From a bacterium (GTDB lineage: Bacteria > Hydrothermota > Tepidihabitantia > Tepidihabitantales > Tepidihabitantaceae), in contig JAWOHG010000069.1 in assembly GCA_046485245.1 (NCBI GenBank), positions 1-54,303 on the forward strand: DNA of 54,303 nt, read 5' to 3'. A program made the position numbers and the translations under genes. This document shows positions 51,264 through 54,303 of this stretch, piece by piece. Position 1 is the stretch's first letter, and the number at the start of each line of letters is the position of its first letter. Under the pieces are notes generated by a model. That model was given only the letters and a program-made list of their open reading frames with translations, searched no databases and was not told the origin of the DNA.

Positions 51264-54200
51264 ATGCGCGGCAAGTATCTTGTCATCGGCCTGCTGCTGG
51301 CCGGGCTCGGGGTGCTGGTCGTCGTGCTGGCGCGGGTCGAGCACCGCCTGTCCCGGCCCCGGGTCGTGAGCGTTGCCGAGGCCCCCTTGCCCGACGTCGA
51401 CATCAGGGCGACGCGCGAGGAGATCGAGGCGGCCGCGGCCCGGGCGCAGGTGCTGTTCCGGTCCAGCGGCGACGAGTTCGAGCGGCTGGCCGTGACGAGC
51501 AACGCGCGCGGGGAGAAGACCGAGTCGTGGCAGAAGCTCTTCGTCGTGGGCGTGAACCTCGGGGCGGCGCTGCCCGGGCATTACCCGACCGAGTTCGGCG
51601 CGACCCGCGCGGATTACGAGCGCTGGCTGGAGCAGATGGGCGAGGCCGGGTTCAATGTCGTGCGGGCCTACACCATCCTGCCGCCCGAGTTCTACGAGGC
51701 GCTGGCCCGGCACAATTTCAGCAACTCGGAGCGGCCGGTGTACCTGCTGCAGGGCATCTGGGCCGAGGCGCCGGAATCGCTGGACCTGTTCGACCCGGCC
51801 TACACCCGCGCGCTCAAGGCCGAGATACGCGACGCGGTCGACGCCGTGGCCGGCCGGGCGGTGCGCGAGCCCCGAGCCGGGCACGCCTCGGGCGCGTGGT
51901 CGGCCGACGTGTCGGCTTTCACCCTCGGTTACCTGTTCGGCCGCGAATGGGAGCCGGACGTGGTCGAGGCCACCGACACGACGCACCGCTCGACGCGCCG
52001 CTACAACGGCGTGATGTTCAGCGTGCCGGAGGGCAGCCCGACCGAGGTCTGGCTGGCCGGGATGCTGGACTACCTGTGCCAGTACGAGGCAATCACCTAT
52101 GGGACGCAGCGGCCGACCGCGTTCGTGAGCTGGCTGCCCATCGACCCGCTGTACCACTCGTCCGAGCACTCGGGGAAGGGGCTGGTGTACGCCTTCGACA
52201 ACGACGTCGTGACGCTGGACCCGATGAGGATCCACACCACGCCCGCGCTGCGGGCCGGGCAGTTCGCCGCCTACCACGTGTACCCGTACTACCCGGACTT
52301 CGTGTTCCTCGAGCCGAAGTACCGCGAGTACCGCAACGCGCGCGGCGAGCCGGACAACTACGCGGGCTACGTCGCCGACCTCAAGCGGCACCACGCGGGC
52401 GTGCCCCTGCTCGTCGCCGAGTTCAGCGTGCCGTCTTCGCGCGGCAACTCGCACCGCAACTGGTTCGGGATGGACCACGGCGGGCACGACGAGGCCGAGC
52501 AGGCGCGCATCAACCTGGCGATGCTGCGCGCCATCCACGACGAGGGCTGCGCGGGCGGGGTGGTGTTCGCCTGGCTCGACGAGTGGTTCAAGCGCAACTG
52601 GCTGGTCGACGAGTTCGCGGTGCCGGCCGACCGCGTGCGGCTATGGCACAACGTGCAGAACCCGGAGCAGTGCTACGGGATGGTGAAGTTCGGGCGCGAG
52701 CTGGTGACAGTCGACGGCGAGACCGGCGACTGGACGGGCAAGCCGGTCGCGCGCGGCGCGGGCGCGGTGCGCGCGCTGTGGCTGTCGTCGGACGAGGAGT
52801 ACTGCTACCTGCGGCTGGACCTCGAGCAATCGCCGGACTGGCAGAAGCAGTCAGTCGGTATCGCGGTCGACACCTACGACCCGAAGCTGGGCTCGACCCG
52901 GCTCGGCCCGGCCGGGCCGGACTGCGCCAACGGCGTCGAGTTCCTGGTGATGCTGCGCGACACCGCCGACGCCGAGGTGCTGGTCGATTCGGGCTACTCG
53001 GTGTTCTCCGACCCACAGGAGCCCTGGCGGCGGACCCTGCGCACGGAGGCGAACCGGGAGGGCCGATTCGTCACCCAGCGGTTGATGAACAACCACGTCC
53101 GCTTCACGGCGCTGGGCGAGAGCATCCCCCCGGTCGAGACCGAGTTCGGCCGGCTGAGATGGGGCCGGTCAGACTTCAGTTCGCTGGCCGACTGGTACGA
53201 GCGAAACGGGACAGTAGAGCTGCGCATCCCGTGGACGCTCTTCAACGTGTCGGACCCGTCGAGCCACCAGGTCCTGCAGGACGACCCGGCCCTGGACGGC
53301 ATCCAGTCGGTCACGACCAGCGGGTTCGCGCTGTCCGCGTTCATCGTGGACGGCGAGCGGCCGGGCGACCGGCTCGTCGCGGCGCTGCCCCCGGCCAAGG
53401 GTGGCAGGCTGCAGTTCACGCGCCGGTGGCGCTGGCCGGGCTGGGATACGCCGCAGTACACCGAGCGGCTCAAGCGCAGTTACCACGACTTCGCGGCCGG
53501 GCTGGGCCAGGCGCTGGCCGACTCGCCGACGCGGCAGTCGAGCCTTGACCGGCTGTCGGGCAAGCCCGCCCCCGTGACTGCTGCCCGGATTGCGTCTTTC
53601 CGGGGTGACGCGCCGGGCGCGGTGTCGGTCACGTTCGACGACGGCTCCTACGACCAGTACACGTACGCCGCGCCGGTGCTCGACCGTTACGGGCTGAAGG
53701 CTAACTTCGGGCTGGTCGCGGACTGGACCGGGGCGGACGCGGACTGGCACGCAGAAGAGGACGGCATACCCATCAAGCGGCTGGGGATTCCCGAAGCGAA
53801 AGAACTGCTCGCGCGCGGGCACCGTATCTCGGGCCACGGCGGGTGCCACGACCCGGACCTGCCGCGGCTTGACCCGGCGCGGGCCGCGCAGGACGCGCTC
53901 AACTGCGCGGCGGCGCTGGAACGCGCGCTGGGCGAGCCGCCGCGCGCTTTCCACTACCCGTACAGCGCGGTCAGCCCGCAACTCGCCGCGGCGGTGCGCG
54001 CGGCCGGGTTCTGGTTCGCTCGCACCGCGGGCGAGCGATACAACCTCCCGGCCGGGTTCGACCGCTACCGGCTCAACAGCTTCGCGTTCTACAACGATAC
54101 GCTGCCGGGCCTGCGCGAGTTTGTCCGGATTCTCGATAGCGGGCAGGGCAAGTGGACCGTGCTGCTGCACCACCGCATCCTCGGACCCGACTCCAAGGAA

Positions 54201-54303
54201 CTCGAGGCGATGGCGCGGCACGGCGTGGTTCACACGTACTCGGTGACGCCGCTCACTTTCGGACGCCAGGTGCGGCTGGTCCGCAACAGCCGGGCCTGGG
54301 TCG
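51264..54303 (+). CDS. Membrane-anchored bifunctional glycoside-hydrolase-like / polysaccharide deacetylase (3' end beyond window)
   Basis: Not in the ORF track because no stop is reached. The ATG lies 2 nt after the upstream stop, and the frame stays open for 1013 codons to the window edge. TM helix YLVIGLLLAGLGVLVVVLA. TIM-barrel GH-A-like region (FVVGVNLG..., PLLVAEFSVPSS). C-terminal NodB domain (VSVTFDDGSYDQY, GHRISGHGGCH, FHYPYS). Confidence 0.85.
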   Translation, partial: MRGKYLVIGLLLAGLGVLVVVLARVEHRLSRPRVVSVAEAPLPDVDIRATREEIEAAAARAQVLFRSSGDEFERLAVTSNARGEKTESWQKLFVVGVNLGAALPGHYPTEFGATRADYERWLEQMGEAGFNVVRAYTILPPEFYEALARHNFSNSERPVYLLQGIWAEAPESLDLFDPAYTRALKAEIRDAVDAVAGRAVREPRAGHASGAWSADVSAFTLGYLFGREWEPDVVEATDTTHRSTRRYNGVMFSVPEGSPTEVWLAGMLDYLCQYEAITYGTQRPTAFVSWLPIDPLYHSSEHSGKGLVYAFDNDVVTLDPMRIHTTPALRAGQFAAYHVYPYYPDFVFLEPKYREYRNARGEPDNYAGYVADLKRHHAGVPLLVAEFSVPSSRGNSHRNWFGMDHGGHDEAEQARINLAMLRAIHDEGCAGGVVFAWLDEWFKRNWLVDEFAVPADRVRLWHNVQNPEQCYGMVKFGRELVTVDGETGDWTGKPVARGAGAVRALWLSSDEEYCYLRLDLEQSPDWQKQSVGIAVDTYDPKLGSTRLGPAGPDCANGVEFLVMLRDTADAEVLVDSGYSVFSDPQEPWRRTLRTEANREGRFVTQRLMNNHVRFTALGESIPPVETEFGRLRWGRSDFSSLADWYERNGTVELRIPWTLFNVSDPSSHQVLQDDPALDGIQSVTTSGFALSAFIVDGERPGDRLVAALPPAKGGRLQFTRRWRWPGWDTPQYTERLKRSYHDFAAGLGQALADSPTRQSSLDRLSGKPAPVTAARIASFRGDAPGAVSVTFDDGSYDQYTYAAPVLDRYGLKANFGLVADWTGADADWHAEEDGIPIKRLGIPEAKELLARGHRISGHGGCHDPDLPRLDPARAAQDALNCAAALERALGEPPRAFHYPYSAVSPQLAAAVRAAGFWFARTAGERYNLPAGFDRYRLNSFAFYNDTLPGLREFVRILDSGQGKWTVLLHHRILGPDSKELEAMARHGVVHTYSVTPLTFGRQVRLVRNSRAWV

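Noticed and set aside
51246-54233. Track ORFs 51246-52538(-), 51527-53548(+) and 53169-54233(-)
   Set aside because: These are Arg/Gly-rich artefacts. The third plus-strand frame carries the real TM, GH-like and NodB domains and is open to the window end.

Overview
GC-rich bacterial chromosomal segment carrying about 47 protein genes; I found no rRNA, tRNA, CRISPR array, transposase or integrase. Several secreted proteins end in T9SS-type C-terminal sorting domains, which suggests an uncultured FCB-superphylum-like lineage (inference only). Housekeeping blocks: a stand-alone EF-G, mtnA, plsX-rpmF, two divergent glutamine synthetases followed by ptb-ridA, and one long minus-strand operon rpsP-KH-trmD-rplS-rnhB-yraN-comM-sugar dehydrogenase, then rmuC. 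Envelope and accessory blocks: (1) a pseudokinase-PASTA / zinc-ribbon-PEGA / FN3-YVTN lipoprotein operon; (2) four beta-propeller T9SS cargo genes in tandem; (3) an RND (COG1033-like) / LolA-like / DUF1302-like barrel / TPR module; (4) marR and an SDR epimerase; (5) a five-gene synthase-dependent (pga/pel-like) exopolysaccharide locus whose last gene runs off the window and is missing from the ORF track. The most unusual signal is non-coding. The spacers at 15.2-15.7, 42.2-42.5, 43.0-43.5, 44.6-44.8 and 45.1-45.4 kb are built from degenerate heptanucleotide units held in one register for up to 36 consecutive units. They share unit families (GCYGTRA, GGNTCAG, GANGTCA, ANNCAGA, GATTGTC) and longer conserved modules. 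This resembles cyanobacterial STRR repeats but occurs in a very different genome. The second general signal is promoter geometry. At least nine operon-first genes have a sigma70-like -35/-10 pair whose -10 hexamer ends only 4-8 nt before the start codon, implying widespread leaderless or near-leaderless mRNAs. Many long antisense ORFs in the track are GC artefacts. Every functional call rests on motif recognition by eye; no database search was run.
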